Shown here in pieces: positions 9,248 to 18,795 of a DNA stretch of 64,000 nucleotides. Each line of letters opens with the position of its first letter. Positions within the stretch are counted from its first letter, which is position 1. This DNA comes from Dehalococcoidia bacterium (lineage in GTDB: Bacteria; Chloroflexota; Dehalococcoidia; UBA2979): the NCBI GenBank assembly GCA_050250415.1, contig JBFWOO010000001.1:84096-148095 (forward strand), read 5' to 3'. Under the pieces are notes generated by a model. That model was not told the origin of the DNA. It was given only the letters and a program-made list of their open reading frames with translations, and made no database searches. Both the position numbers and the translations under genes were made by a program.

Positions 9248-9639
9248 GGTACCCGTGTCAGGGGCCGAGTCGCTGCCGCCTCCCAGGCGTCCGGGCGTCG
9301 GCATGTCGCATTCACCCCTGGCGGTACGGTGCCGCAGCTAGCACCCAGGCGTGGACGACGGAGTTCCGGGGAACCGGGCTCAACGTGCTCCGAGATCGGC
9401 TGGACGCGAACGGGATATTCCTCGAGGCCTTCCTCGATTCGATCGCGCAAGCTGGTGGCGTCGAAGTGTCGACGCCCGTGAGGACCGCCCTTACTGGGCA
9501 GTAGTCGGCGTCCGATGCGTACCAAGTGGTACGCCGGAACTCGGGAACCGACGGGGACTATCCCCCCTGACACGAAGAGGGCGGCGGCGGAGTAGATCCC
9601 GCCGTCGCCCATTGCAAACTCACTCCCCAACCGGACGGA

Positions 9640-10191
9640 CTAGCTCCGCGAGCTGGCGAACCTTCCGATGCCCAGAAGCACCAGGCCCATGCAGGCCAGC
9701 AGCAAGGCCGCAGCTGAGATGGCCCCTGAGGTGACGGGGAGGCCATCACCAGCATCGGCGGGGAGAGGGCTCCCGGTGTCCGCAGGCATCGGTGCGTAGT
9801 TCCCGAACTCGACAGTCTCACCGGGTGCGACTGTGAAGTGAATGAACAACTCCTGCCTGTCGCCATTGAACAGAGCCACCGTCGCGCCGGCCCGTCCGCA
9901 CGGTTCGGGCTGTTCGGGGGTACCAAGCACAAGTGCCGGGGGCTCGGCGGCACTGGCATCCACGGAGGCACACGAGACGCCGTCGACCACCGCCGAGATC
10001 GTTCCGCTTCTCGTCCGATCCTCAACCGCTCGCGGATCGTTCGGGAGCAGGTCCACGAGTCGAATGACGAACGCTTCGCTCGATCCGGTACCGGCCGCCG
10101 ACTCCGTCTGTGCCGTCGCATCGCCGACAGCGCTCAGGGCCGCAAGGACCCCCACAGCCACGGCGACGACCGCCGCACTCCTCGTTCTCAT
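9640..10191 (-). CDS. Exported protein with PADTG-like motif and C-terminal TM anchor
   Basis: Signal-like N-terminus (MRTRSAAVV...), MPADTG, hydrophobic tail followed by R. Confidence 0.65.
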   Translation of the reverse strand: MRTRSAAVVAVAVGVLAALSAVGDATAQTESAAGTGSSEAFVIRLVDLLPNDPRAVEDRTRSGTISAVVDGVSCASVDASAAEPPALVLGTPEQPEPCGRAGATVALFNGDRQELFIHFTVAPGETVEFGNYAPMPADTGSPLPADAGDGLPVTSGAISAAALLLACMGLVLLGIGRFASSRS

Positions 10192-10290
10192 GAATTCCCT
10201 TCTGACAGAATTCCTTGCGATCATCGCCAAGATCGCCGTGCACCGACCCGGGAGACGCCGGCCCAGATGTAAGGCTTCCCAGTCGAGCAA

Positions 10291-10959
10291 CTAGGGGTAC
10301 GCGAACGACCGCGAAAGCATGTGATAGTGGTACGTGTGCCGATTCGCGAGCGTACCGCAGTAAGTATTGACTACTCCCAGCTCGCATTGGGAGTCCGTCG
10401 GGTAATACGTCGGTGCACTGTGATTGTGCGTCACGAAGTTGCCTCCGCTGTGCTGATGCACATGCGAACCGCCGAAGGAGCACGTCCCCAGGTCAGAGGC
10501 GACTGAGTAGCCAATTGAGTACTGTTGCCAGTACCCAGAGGGCGTTCCTCCAAGATTGAAGGAGGTCGACACGCCTCCCCAATTCGTGTGCTTGTAATCT
10601 ACGGCGCCCTGGTAGTAGCCGTAGATATCCCGCACCTCGGCTCTCGTTGCATAGCACGTTGCCGTCGTGTCGGAAGTGACCACCCCACCGGTCGTAAGGT
10701 AGGAACCCGAGTAGTCATTCACCGTGTATGAGCGCCAATACACGGTCCCGTAGTCAGGGTTGTCCCAGTCGAGGGCGCCGGATCCTCCCGAGCCGCAGCC
10801 AACGCTCGTGCCGTGCCAGCCGCAGGTCAGGTAGCCGTTGCCTCCCTGGTGGTTGTAGACGTAGGCGATGGTGACGGCCTCTGCAGGCTTCGGGAAGAGA
10901 AGCCCGAACAGCAGGCCTGCCAACAACACAATCGGAATGAGTCGAGCCGGGCGGGTCAC
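10291..10959 (-). CDS. Secreted Cys/His-rich protein, possibly a divergent M23-like peptidase
   Basis: Signal peptide ending AEA; WH...ALD, YKH and SHVHQ motifs; GTGA overlap with the upstream gene. Confidence 0.65.
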   Translation of the reverse strand: MTRPARLIPIVLLAGLLFGLLFPKPAEAVTIAYVYNHQGGNGYLTCGWHGTSVGCGSGGSGALDWDNPDYGTVYWRSYTVNDYSGSYLTTGGVVTSDTTATCYATRAEVRDIYGYYQGAVDYKHTNWGGVSTSFNLGGTPSGYWQQYSIGYSVASDLGTCSFGGSHVHQHSGGNFVTHNHSAPTYYPTDSQCELGVVNTYCGTLANRHTYHYHMLSRSFAYP

Positions 10960-11666
10960 TGTGCCGCTCCCTGATACATGCTCTCAACGATTCGGAGCAA
11001 CTCGTTCTCCGTCAATCCAGTGGCACGGACTACGGTTAACCCCCAGTCCTCCCGCACGATGACCGCGGACAGCCCGTAGCCATCGTCCGTGATCGGGCGC
11101 AGGACGACCGCTGGATAGCCAGCCACCTGTCCTTCAGCTAGCCGAGATATCGGTGCGTCCAAGCGAGCGAGCGGCTCGCCTCGGAACCGATAGACTTGGA
11201 GTCCGCCTCCCAGCCGGAGCATCGCCCGGTCGGAGGGAACGGAGTAGCTGGCCTCAGTCGAGACGAAATCAGCGCCACACGACACGCCGATGGACTCCAC
11301 GAGCTCGGTGCCCGGAGGAAGGATCGGTGGGAACGGGGTGAGCGCGTTGTCGCTTGGAGCACCCGACGGCTCCTGCTCGTACCCTGCTGGACACGGCACC
11401 ACAGCGGAAGATACATCGAGATCCGGCGCAATCCGGATCCCCTGCATTTCGCCGTCGAAACGCTCAAGCGAGTCGTCTGCCTTCTGCTCGTCCATGTACC
11501 ACATCGGCTCGCGATCGGATGGAGCGGATTGAGCTGTAACGCTCCCTCCGCCATCGATGAGTTCCCGCGTGAGAAGGAATGTGCCGACAAACGCAACGAC
11601 GAAGACAGCCGGCCAGAAAAAGTATGACTTTTTCACATCAAACCAGGTATTTCTGCCGCCGATCAT
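10956..11666 (-). CDS. Single-pass membrane-anchored extracytoplasmic protein
   Basis: N-terminal TM (FFWPAVFVVAFVGTFLL); ends GLTENELLRIVESM; start may be GTG at 11636. Confidence 0.65.
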   Translation of the reverse strand: MIGGRNTWFDVKKSYFFWPAVFVVAFVGTFLLTRELIDGGGSVTAQSAPSDREPMWYMDEQKADDSLERFDGEMQGIRIAPDLDVSSAVVPCPAGYEQEPSGAPSDNALTPFPPILPPGTELVESIGVSCGADFVSTEASYSVPSDRAMLRLGGGLQVYRFRGEPLARLDAPISRLAEGQVAGYPAVVLRPITDDGYGLSAVIVREDWGLTVVRATGLTENELLRIVESMYQGAAQ

Positions 11667-11939
11667 CTCTGAGGTGTACCCCGGCGCACCCTCCCTTCAT
11701 CCGCCGGTGCTTCATGCCCCTCTTATTTGCGATTCTTATACTAGATCTAAGCTGGTGGACTAGTAACAATCGCGTGTCAGAATCCCGGCCAACGGCGAGC
11801 GCGGCCACATACCAGTGTGATCGAGCAGGCCTTGGTCGGGCTGTTCCTGCTCAGGGGAGGCTCACTCCCGCGTTCGGAGCTGTTGATTGGCTGGGCAGAG
11901 GAGTACCCTGCTGGTAGCACTGCCCACTGACTACACTGA

Positions 11940-12376
11940 CTAGGTGAGCTTCGCTCGAAGACTGAAGCCTAGGTTGCACCCATCGCCGGGTGACAAGACG
12001 CCGGGCGATGGGTGCAACGATTGAGATCCCTTCCCGCCATCTCCGTCGATCGGGATGCGGGCGCGGATTCCCACCTCGTCGCGATCGCGGTCATAGACGG
12101 CTTCCTCGACGAGCGCCTGTAGGAACCGTTGGAGTTCCGTCGGGGTCCAGGAGCGCAGATGCCGCTGCGCATCCCGCGCAGTGCGCTTGATCGTCCGTCG
12201 GACCTGATCGAGGAACCGCTCGAACATCGTGCGGGTGACGTTGTACCAGCGCACCCGTGTTGGGAGACTTCCCCTCGGTGCGGTCGTGGAACTCCCAGTA
12301 CCCGATGAGGTCGTGGAGTGTGAGTTGCTCCATCCCTCGCCACCAGCGCTGCGCCGTGCGGCTCTCTCGTGCCATG
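11940..12376 (-). pseudogene. Recombinase remnant: frameshifted tyrosine-integrase-like N-terminus joined to a serine-recombinase-like C-terminus
   Basis: LIGYWEFHDRTEGKSPNT continues as VRWYN...FERFL only if one extra G near 12255 is removed; no catalytic domain; lies next to the tRNA 3' end. Confidence 0.55.
11973..12018. repeat. 15-bp perfect inverted repeat GTTGCACCCATCGCC...GGCGATGGGTGCAAC (att-like)
   Basis: Read directly; sits at the 3' end of the recombinase remnant. Confidence 0.8.
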
Positions 12377-12601
12377 ACCGTCCTCCGCTCCGGTCCGCGC
12401 GGCAACATTCCGTGACCGCAGCGTGACCTGGCCGTGAACTGAACGTGTCCCGAGCGTGAACCGCTGCCGGACGACGAGGCAGAGGGTCGCGCGCCCCGTG
12501 CTCGGGCCCAACGACGCTCGCCTCGGCGTCACCGTGGAGGGAGGCTTGGCAGGAGATTCAGAATCTGGGAACCGCGTCCCACCGAGAGGTGGTGAGAGGG
12601 T

Positions 12602-12677
12602 TGGAGCGGGGGACGGGATTCGAACCCGCGACCCTCTGCTTGGGAAGCAGATGCTCTGCCAGCTGAGCTACCCCCGC
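12602..12677 (-). tRNA. tRNA-Gly (anticodon CCC)
   Basis: GCGGGGGTAGCTCAGCTGGCAGAGCATCTGCTTCCCAAGCAGAGGGTCGCGGGTTCGAATCCCGTCCCCCGCTCCA; cloverleaf, TTCGA T-loop, CCA end. Confidence 0.97.
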
Positions 12678-12689
12678 AGAGCGACCTCG

Positions 12690-12718
12690 ATCATACGCCG
12701 ACCGTCCGAGGGCGTCAC
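12690..12718 (-). promoter_or_regulatory. Sigma70-type promoter for tRNA-Gly (GTGACG-N17-TATGAT)
   Basis: Correct 17-nt spacing; -10 box ends 12 nt before the tRNA. Confidence 0.6.
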
Positions 12719-12723
12719 GCGTG

Positions 12724-15700
12724 CTAGCACGGCGCCTCCTGCCACACCGGCGGGAAGAACGCCCAGTGCGGGATCGGGCGAAGTTCGATGTTGCCGGCAG
12801 CCACGGCCCGGCCGACCTGGCTCCTCGGGCCGGTGCTCACGCCGGGACGGTGGTAGAGCACCATCGTCTCGCCCCGCCCGTTGATCGCCGTCATGAAACT
12901 CCGGAGCTGGTTGCGCTGCTTGTTCAGCGACGGGATCTGCTGGGTGTTCTTCACGTCGCCCTTCACCCGCCCCCACAGGTCCGGCACCTTGCCGCCGCCC
13001 GTGCGGTGGGTGGTGTTCATCCGCTGCCAGATCGCGTTGCGGACGAACCACTCCCCCTCCGCGCCGTGGACGCCGCTCTGGGTCCGCGTGTTGTAGTAGA
13101 AGGCGCCCTGCATCAACGCCTTCGTCCCGACGGCGCCCGCTGCGCCGTACAGGCCGCCGTACAGCATCCCCGGCGGCACCGCCTCGGCGCCGGCGCGCAG
13201 GCTGTCGTCGATGTCGTAGCCGTGCGCGATGCCCAGGCCGGTGCCCATCCCGAACGAGCCGATGCCGCCCGCCACGCCCCCGCCCACCGATCCGCCGGAG
13301 GCGACACCCGACCACGATCCGACGGTGTACGCCGCGCCCGGGCCGAGCCGGGTGGAGAGCCGGCTGACGGCGTACCCGGTGACGCCCGTCCCGACCCGCT
13401 GCCCGACCGCGCCGCCGGCAGCGCCCGCGAGCCCGCCGAACGTCGCGCCGAAGCCGCCGCCGATCGCGGCGCCCCGCCAGCCGTCGGCCTTGTAGCCCTC
13501 CCAGCCCCCGACCATGAGGCCGGAGACCGCGCCCCCGGCGGCGAACGACGCCACGCCGTAGCCGGTGCCCATGATCGCGCCGCCGACCGCGCCCGCGCCG
13601 ACGGCCACCCAGAAGTCGGCGCCCTCCTTGTCCCAGTTCGCCCAGGCGGAGATCGCGGCGCCGATGATCGCCCCGGCGGCGATCGCGATGACGAGCGGCG
13701 GGATCTCCCCGGTCGGGTCGATCCATGTCTGAGGGTTGCCGTATCCGAGCGGGTAGAGCTGATGCCCCGCGCGCAGGCCGACCGGGTCCGGCTGGAGGAA
13801 GAGGCCCCACGCCGGCTGGTAGGCGCGCGCCCGGTAGTGGTGAAGGTCGCCCGCGTCGGCGAAGGCCGGCAGCCCCTGGAAGCCCTCGACGCCGTCGCGA
13901 GCCGGGTCCGCGGTCGGGGCGAAGGAGGCGTCCAGTGCCCCCAGCCACGACCCGAACTCGTCACGGAGGTGGCGCTCCGTGACTGACCCCGTCCCATCCG
14001 TCCAGGCCAGCAGCGTCCCGACCTGGTCGAAGAGCGGGTAGTGGGCGTCGCCATCCTCGAAGCGGGCCAGTGGGCGGTTGAGCCAGGGGCCGGGGACCCA
14101 CACCCGGTCGCAGGTCCCCGTCGCGTCGAACTCAGCCACGCGGTCGAGGCCGGAGTAGAGCAGCTCGCGGCGGCCGGACTCGGTGGTCACGCTCCCCACG
14201 CGTCCGAGGGCGTCATACGTGAACGCGAGGATCGACGCCCCGTCCGCGATCCGGCTCACGCTCCGGAGCCGGTTCGCGCTGTCGTAGGTGTAGGCGTGCG
14301 CCCCATCCCCGGTCACGTTGCCCGCGGCGTCGTACGCGATGACGGCGCCGTCGACCGTCCTCAGTCGGTGCGCCGTGTCGTAGGTGTACGCGGTCGCCGA
14401 CGCGCTGTCGCCGTCCTCCACCTTCCCGACGCGGTTCCCGCCGCGGTCGTACTCGTATGTCGTCATGGCGTCGGGCGAGGCCGGCGCGAGCGCTGCCGCG
14501 AGGGCATCGAGGTCCGCCTGGTCGCCCGCCGGTGACGTCGTCGACCCGGTACCGGGGAGGATGTCGGACAGGTCGGGCGCGGCCCCAGGGACGCCCCGGG
14601 CGCTTCGGGCGATCCGCCCGGCGGCATCAACGTCGAGGGCACGCGCTTCCACGCCGGCGCGTAGCCGCTGCTGCACATGCCCATCGGCGTCCCGGAGCGC
14701 GTACAGCGACTCGATCGCCGTCGCGCCCCGCGTGCTCACGAGCGACGTCAGGCGCGAGGCGGCGTCGAGGGTGTGCGTCGTGGTGACCCCGTTGCCGAGG
14801 GCGATGGTGGAGGGATGCCCTCCCTGGTGCGTGAGCGTGGCGAGCAGGCCGACCGAGCCGCCGGGGAACCCCGCACCCGCGGCGGAGAGCCGGACCTGCT
14901 CGAGCCGCGCGGCCGCGTCCCAGGAGGTGCGCGCGGTGATCAGACCGCCGAACGTCTCGCTGCGGAGCAGCCCGTTGGCCGTCCATGCGCGGGTCACCTC
15001 GCGCCCGTCCAGCGACTCGCTCCACGCCCGCCCGATCGAGTCGTGGCGCAGGGTCACGGTGTGCTCGTCGTTGCTCGCGGTGGCGAGGTAGCCGAGGGCG
15101 TCGTAGGTGTATGCCTCGCTGGTCACGCCGACGGCGCCGCCGGCCAGGGCGATCGTGCGCTCCAGCGGCCGCGAGAGCGCGTCGTACTTGAGCGAGGTCG
15201 TCACGCCTCGCGCGTCGCTCTGAGTGAGCGGGTTCGACGCTTCGTCGTAGGTGAAGGAGGCGAAGACCGTCCCGTCTGGCAGCAGGACCGTGGTGACGTC
15301 GCCGCGCTGGTCGCGCACCAGCCGCGAGATGCCGCCGAGGGGATCGGTCACTGCCGTGAGCCGCCCCTGGTCGTCGTATGCGTACGTCGTGACCGCGGTA
15401 CCGAGCGCCGTCCCGTCGGCGTCCGTCCATGGGATGGACTCGGAGACGAGCCGCCCGGCAAGGTCGTACGTGTACTCGACGCGCGTCCCCCCGGGCTGGA
15501 CGACCGCCGTGAGGAGGCCTCGCGAGTCGCGCTCATAGCTGGTCACGTTGCCCAGGCCGTCCGTCGCCTGGAGCAGGCGCCCCATCGAGTCGTAGGAGAA
15601 CGAGCGCGCGAAGTTGCGTACCTCGCCGGTGGCGCCGTCGACGACCTGCTCCAGCATCCGCGTGACGCGCCCCGCGTCGTCCCGGGTCAGCACGACGACG

Positions 15701-18700
15701 TTACCGGCCGGGTCCTCCACGCGTACCGGGCGGTCGAGTGAGTCGTACTCGAACGCCACCTCGGCGCCCGATGACCCGATCGCCCGGACCGTGCGCCCGT
15801 GGCCGTCGAAGATCGCGCGCTGGCGGAGCCAGCCGGTGGCCGATCCATCGGGGTCGATGACGCGTTCACGGACCTGGCGGATGCGTCCGAGCTCGTCGAT
15901 CGTGAACTGCTCCTCGGCGCGCAGGACGCCGGCGTCGTCGTACCACTCGTAGCCATCCATCGGCCCCGCGGCGCGCCAGGAGTAGACGGCCTGCTCGCCC
16001 AGCGCGTCGATCGTGGAGGCGAGCCGCAGATGGCCGTCGTAGGCGAACGAGGTGACCTTGCCGAGGGCGTCCGTGTACGCCGTCGGGAGTCCGTGGGCTC
16101 CGTAGGACCAGGCCTCCTCGGCCACGCGGCTCGTGCCGTGGCCGGTGCGGCGGCTCGCGAGGAGCCCACGGTCCTCGTACGTGTATCGGGTCACCATCCC
16201 GGCCGCGTCCGTCACCTGGCTCGGCTGGTCGTCATGCCGCCAGGCGACGCGCACGGACGCGGTCGTTGTCGCCGTCAGGTCCTGCACGATCTCTGTCGGC
16301 CGGCCGCGCTCATCGAGGACGTACGAGGTCACGCTCCACTCGGGTGAGGCGGGGGTGCCGTCGGCGGACACGACCCGTTCGCGGCGCTCCGCGAGGCGTC
16401 CGGCCGCGTCATACACGTACTCGATGGCGGCTCCGATGTCCGTCGGGCCACGCTCGGCCGTGGTGTGATCCTGCTCGTCGTACTCGATGGTCCACGCCGC
16501 GCCGGCCGCGTCGGTCAGCGTCGTGACACGCCAGAGGTCGTCGTGCGCGAACGACTCGACCGTCACGCCGTCGACGTCGTGGCGTCGCAGGAGGCCCCGC
16601 CGCGTCCCGGTGGCGTAGTAGCTCCACGCGTGCGTGACGCCCTCGGGGGTCACCATCGAGGAGACCTGCCCGTCGGCCCGGTAGGCGAGGGTGCTCACCA
16701 CCGGCAACACCGATCCGTCCGCGAGGGTGACGTCGGGCGCGATGACACTCGTGGCGAGCCCGAGCGCGTCGAGGACGTACGTGATCGTCTCGCCCGATGG
16801 GTCGGTGAGGCTCGTGACCTGGTTGAAGACGCCGTACTTCACGGTCGTGACGAGGTCGGGATCGCCGCTTCGCGAGGCGGACCGCACTTCCAGCAGGTTG
16901 TGCCTGGCAAGCGGATCGCTGTTGTCGACGTCGTAGGTGAACTCCTGCGCGTGGCCGGACGGCTCCTCGATGCGCCCGTGGTGCCCCATCGCGTCGTAGG
17001 TGTGGGTTGTCTCGTAGTCGCTGTCATCACCCAGGATGCGCTGGACGAGCAGGTTCCCGAGCGGATCGAATTCGTACTCGGTCCGGATACCACCCGGATC
17101 CGTCACCGTGGTCCGGCGGGAGAGATGGTTCACGTGCTCCAGCGTCGCCGGGAGGTCCTCCTCGATCTCGTAGCTGAAGGTGTAGGTCTCGCCCGTGTAC
17201 CACTGCGAGGTCACGCGGTTCACGCGGCTGCCGGAATCGGCGTAGGTGTTCTCGACGATCGTGTCGCCGAGCGCGTTCTCGATGGCGACCAGGTTGTGTC
17301 GTGTCCGCGGGTCATCGCCGGACTCGTAGGTGTATGCGGTGCGGGAGCCGGAGGGGTGCGCGTCGGTCGCCGGCGCGGTGACTGAGCGGAGCTCGTCGCT
17401 GCGGTACTCGTAGGACCAGGTCCGCCCGGTCCAGTCCGCGATCGCCGTGATGTGGCCGTCATCGATCGTGAGGGTGAGCGTGCGGCCCACGGCGTCTCGG
17501 ATGGCGGTCGGGTGGCCGTCCGCATTGCGGGAGACGCGGATCGTGTTGCCGAAGCGATCGCTCACCTGGGAGAGGCGGCCCGCGGAGTCGAAGGTGCGCG
17601 TGACGCCGACGCCGTCCACGAGCCGGTAGCGGCTCCCCGTCTGCTCCAGGCGCGCACGCTCGGACTCGGGCATCTCGAAGCCCCCGGCGCCGTCCGGCAT
17701 GTAGAACACGCCACGGGCATCACCCGTCCAGACGTAGACGGCCCCACTGGTGAGTGGACGCACGTGCGCGTCCAGCCAGGTGTCCCACTTCATCCCGAAC
17801 GATCCGTGGTGGAACGTCTGGTTCGAGTAGCGCCGCGAGATCTCGAGGGGGAGGCCGAGCCCCGGGATCCGGACGTCCACGGCCTGGAGCCAGTACGCGC
17901 CGCTGAACAGGGCGACCGGCTCCGCCGCCGTCTCCGGGAAGCTCGCCGGGTCGTCGACGTTGGCGCCCGTGCCCGCCGATCCCACGTCCGAGACGGGGGA
18001 CGCGGCCAGCGACTGCCCGTAGCTGTACGCATCCACGCTGACGCCGAGGACGCCCGCGATCGCGTCGAACGACTCCTCGTAGGACTCCTCGTAGTCCTCC
18101 AGGTCGTCGCCCAGGTCGCCCGCGTCGTCCGCCATTGACTCAGCCTCGTCCTGCAGGCTGTCGATCTCCCCGGCGGTCGACTCCGCGTCGTCGACAGCGG
18201 ACTCATACGCGGCCAGGGCGTCCTCGTAGGCTTCGTAGGCGGCTTCGTACGCCTCGATCGCGTCCTGGAGCCCCTGGGCCTGGCTGTCAGTGAGCCCGCC
18301 GGCGCCGTCGCCAGCAGCCTCGTCGTGCTGGGCGCCGTCCTCGGCGCCGTCCTCGGCGCCGTCCTCGGGGCCACCGCTCCCGTCGCTGTTGCCCGTGTCG
18401 CCCTCGGCTTCACCGGTGTCGCCGGTATCGCCCTCGGCCTCGCCCTCGGACGAACCTTCCGTGGCGCCAGACCCGGCGCTGGAATCGCTCCAGTCGATGC
18501 TCGCTTCGCCCTCGGCGCCGCTGCCGAGGCTCGTGTCGCCCTCGGTCGGCTCGGGCTCCTCGCCGATGTAGGCGACCGACACGATCGTCAGCTCGGCGCC
18601 GTTCTCCATCGCCCAGTCCGGGCCATTGGCCACCACGTCCGCGGGCTCCATCGCGTCCGGCAGGTCGAGTGACCCCATCAGATCCCAACCGCTGCCGTCG

Positions 18701-18795
18701 TTCGCGTAGATGGCGTAGTCGCCGTTGACCTCCTCGAAGAAGTACATCGTGCCTTCGTCGTCGTGGCCGTAGAAGTCGTACGGGTTGTCGGGCAT
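12724..18795 (-). CDS. RHS/YD-repeat polymorphic toxin: acidic N-terminus, DUF6531-like domain, RHS core, Gly-rich hydrophobic region, PD-(D/E)xK (Tox-REase-7-like) tip
   Basis: EPV..FSG...ISRRYSN...FGMKW; many YD repeats; YRARAYQP...FLQPDP...NPQTWIDPTG; VPD...DVKN...QLR tip; ATG 18795 overlaps the upstream TGA. Confidence 0.93.
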   Translation of the reverse strand: MPDNPYDFYGHDDEGTMYFFEEVNGDYAIYANDGSGWDLMGSLDLPDAMEPADVVANGPDWAMENGAELTIVSVAYIGEEPEPTEGDTSLGSGAEGEASIDWSDSSAGSGATEGSSEGEAEGDTGDTGEAEGDTGNSDGSGGPEDGAEDGAEDGAQHDEAAGDGAGGLTDSQAQGLQDAIEAYEAAYEAYEDALAAYESAVDDAESTAGEIDSLQDEAESMADDAGDLGDDLEDYEESYEESFDAIAGVLGVSVDAYSYGQSLAASPVSDVGSAGTGANVDDPASFPETAAEPVALFSGAYWLQAVDVRIPGLGLPLEISRRYSNQTFHHGSFGMKWDTWLDAHVRPLTSGAVYVWTGDARGVFYMPDGAGGFEMPESERARLEQTGSRYRLVDGVGVTRTFDSAGRLSQVSDRFGNTIRVSRNADGHPTAIRDAVGRTLTLTIDDGHITAIADWTGRTWSYEYRSDELRSVTAPATDAHPSGSRTAYTYESGDDPRTRHNLVAIENALGDTIVENTYADSGSRVNRVTSQWYTGETYTFSYEIEEDLPATLEHVNHLSRRTTVTDPGGIRTEYEFDPLGNLLVQRILGDDSDYETTHTYDAMGHHGRIEEPSGHAQEFTYDVDNSDPLARHNLLEVRSASRSGDPDLVTTVKYGVFNQVTSLTDPSGETITYVLDALGLATSVIAPDVTLADGSVLPVVSTLAYRADGQVSSMVTPEGVTHAWSYYATGTRRGLLRRHDVDGVTVESFAHDDLWRVTTLTDAAGAAWTIEYDEQDHTTAERGPTDIGAAIEYVYDAAGRLAERRERVVSADGTPASPEWSVTSYVLDERGRPTEIVQDLTATTTASVRVAWRHDDQPSQVTDAAGMVTRYTYEDRGLLASRRTGHGTSRVAEEAWSYGAHGLPTAYTDALGKVTSFAYDGHLRLASTIDALGEQAVYSWRAAGPMDGYEWYDDAGVLRAEEQFTIDELGRIRQVRERVIDPDGSATGWLRQRAIFDGHGRTVRAIGSSGAEVAFEYDSLDRPVRVEDPAGNVVVLTRDDAGRVTRMLEQVVDGATGEVRNFARSFSYDSMGRLLQATDGLGNVTSYERDSRGLLTAVVQPGGTRVEYTYDLAGRLVSESIPWTDADGTALGTAVTTYAYDDQGRLTAVTDPLGGISRLVRDQRGDVTTVLLPDGTVFASFTYDEASNPLTQSDARGVTTSLKYDALSRPLERTIALAGGAVGVTSEAYTYDALGYLATASNDEHTVTLRHDSIGRAWSESLDGREVTRAWTANGLLRSETFGGLITARTSWDAAARLEQVRLSAAGAGFPGGSVGLLATLTHQGGHPSTIALGNGVTTTHTLDAASRLTSLVSTRGATAIESLYALRDADGHVQQRLRAGVEARALDVDAAGRIARSARGVPGAAPDLSDILPGTGSTTSPAGDQADLDALAAALAPASPDAMTTYEYDRGGNRVGKVEDGDSASATAYTYDTAHRLRTVDGAVIAYDAAGNVTGDGAHAYTYDSANRLRSVSRIADGASILAFTYDALGRVGSVTTESGRRELLYSGLDRVAEFDATGTCDRVWVPGPWLNRPLARFEDGDAHYPLFDQVGTLLAWTDGTGSVTERHLRDEFGSWLGALDASFAPTADPARDGVEGFQGLPAFADAGDLHHYRARAYQPAWGLFLQPDPVGLRAGHQLYPLGYGNPQTWIDPTGEIPPLVIAIAAGAIIGAAISAWANWDKEGADFWVAVGAGAVGGAIMGTGYGVASFAAGGAVSGLMVGGWEGYKADGWRGAAIGGGFGATFGGLAGAAGGAVGQRVGTGVTGYAVSRLSTRLGPGAAYTVGSWSGVASGGSVGGGVAGGIGSFGMGTGLGIAHGYDIDDSLRAGAEAVPPGMLYGGLYGAAGAVGTKALMQGAFYYNTRTQSGVHGAEGEWFVRNAIWQRMNTTHRTGGGKVPDLWGRVKGDVKNTQQIPSLNKQRNQLRSFMTAINGRGETMVLYHRPGVSTGPRSQVGRAVAAGNIELRPIPHWAFFPPVWQEAPC

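Larger units (their letters stand above)
8800..12601. mobile_element. Decayed genomic island at tRNA-Gly
   Basis: Visibly lower GC than flanks, recombinase remnant, adjacent to tRNA 3' end; left boundary approximate; no att duplicate found. Confidence 0.5.

Noticed and set aside
9184-9504. 106-aa ORF in the island
   Set aside because: No RBS or motif; the 3' half may be a gene fragment but cannot be supported
12091-12532. Immunity gene for the RHS toxin beyond the tRNA
   Set aside because: The ORFs there belong to the recombinase remnant or are shadow frames
8800-12601. att duplicate of the tRNA-Gly 3' end
   Set aside because: Only a short TGGAGCGG match inside a gene near 11520; not convincing
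18331-18366. 12-bp repeat x3 in the RHS N-terminus (EDGA)
   Set aside because: In-frame slippage within a low-complexity linker
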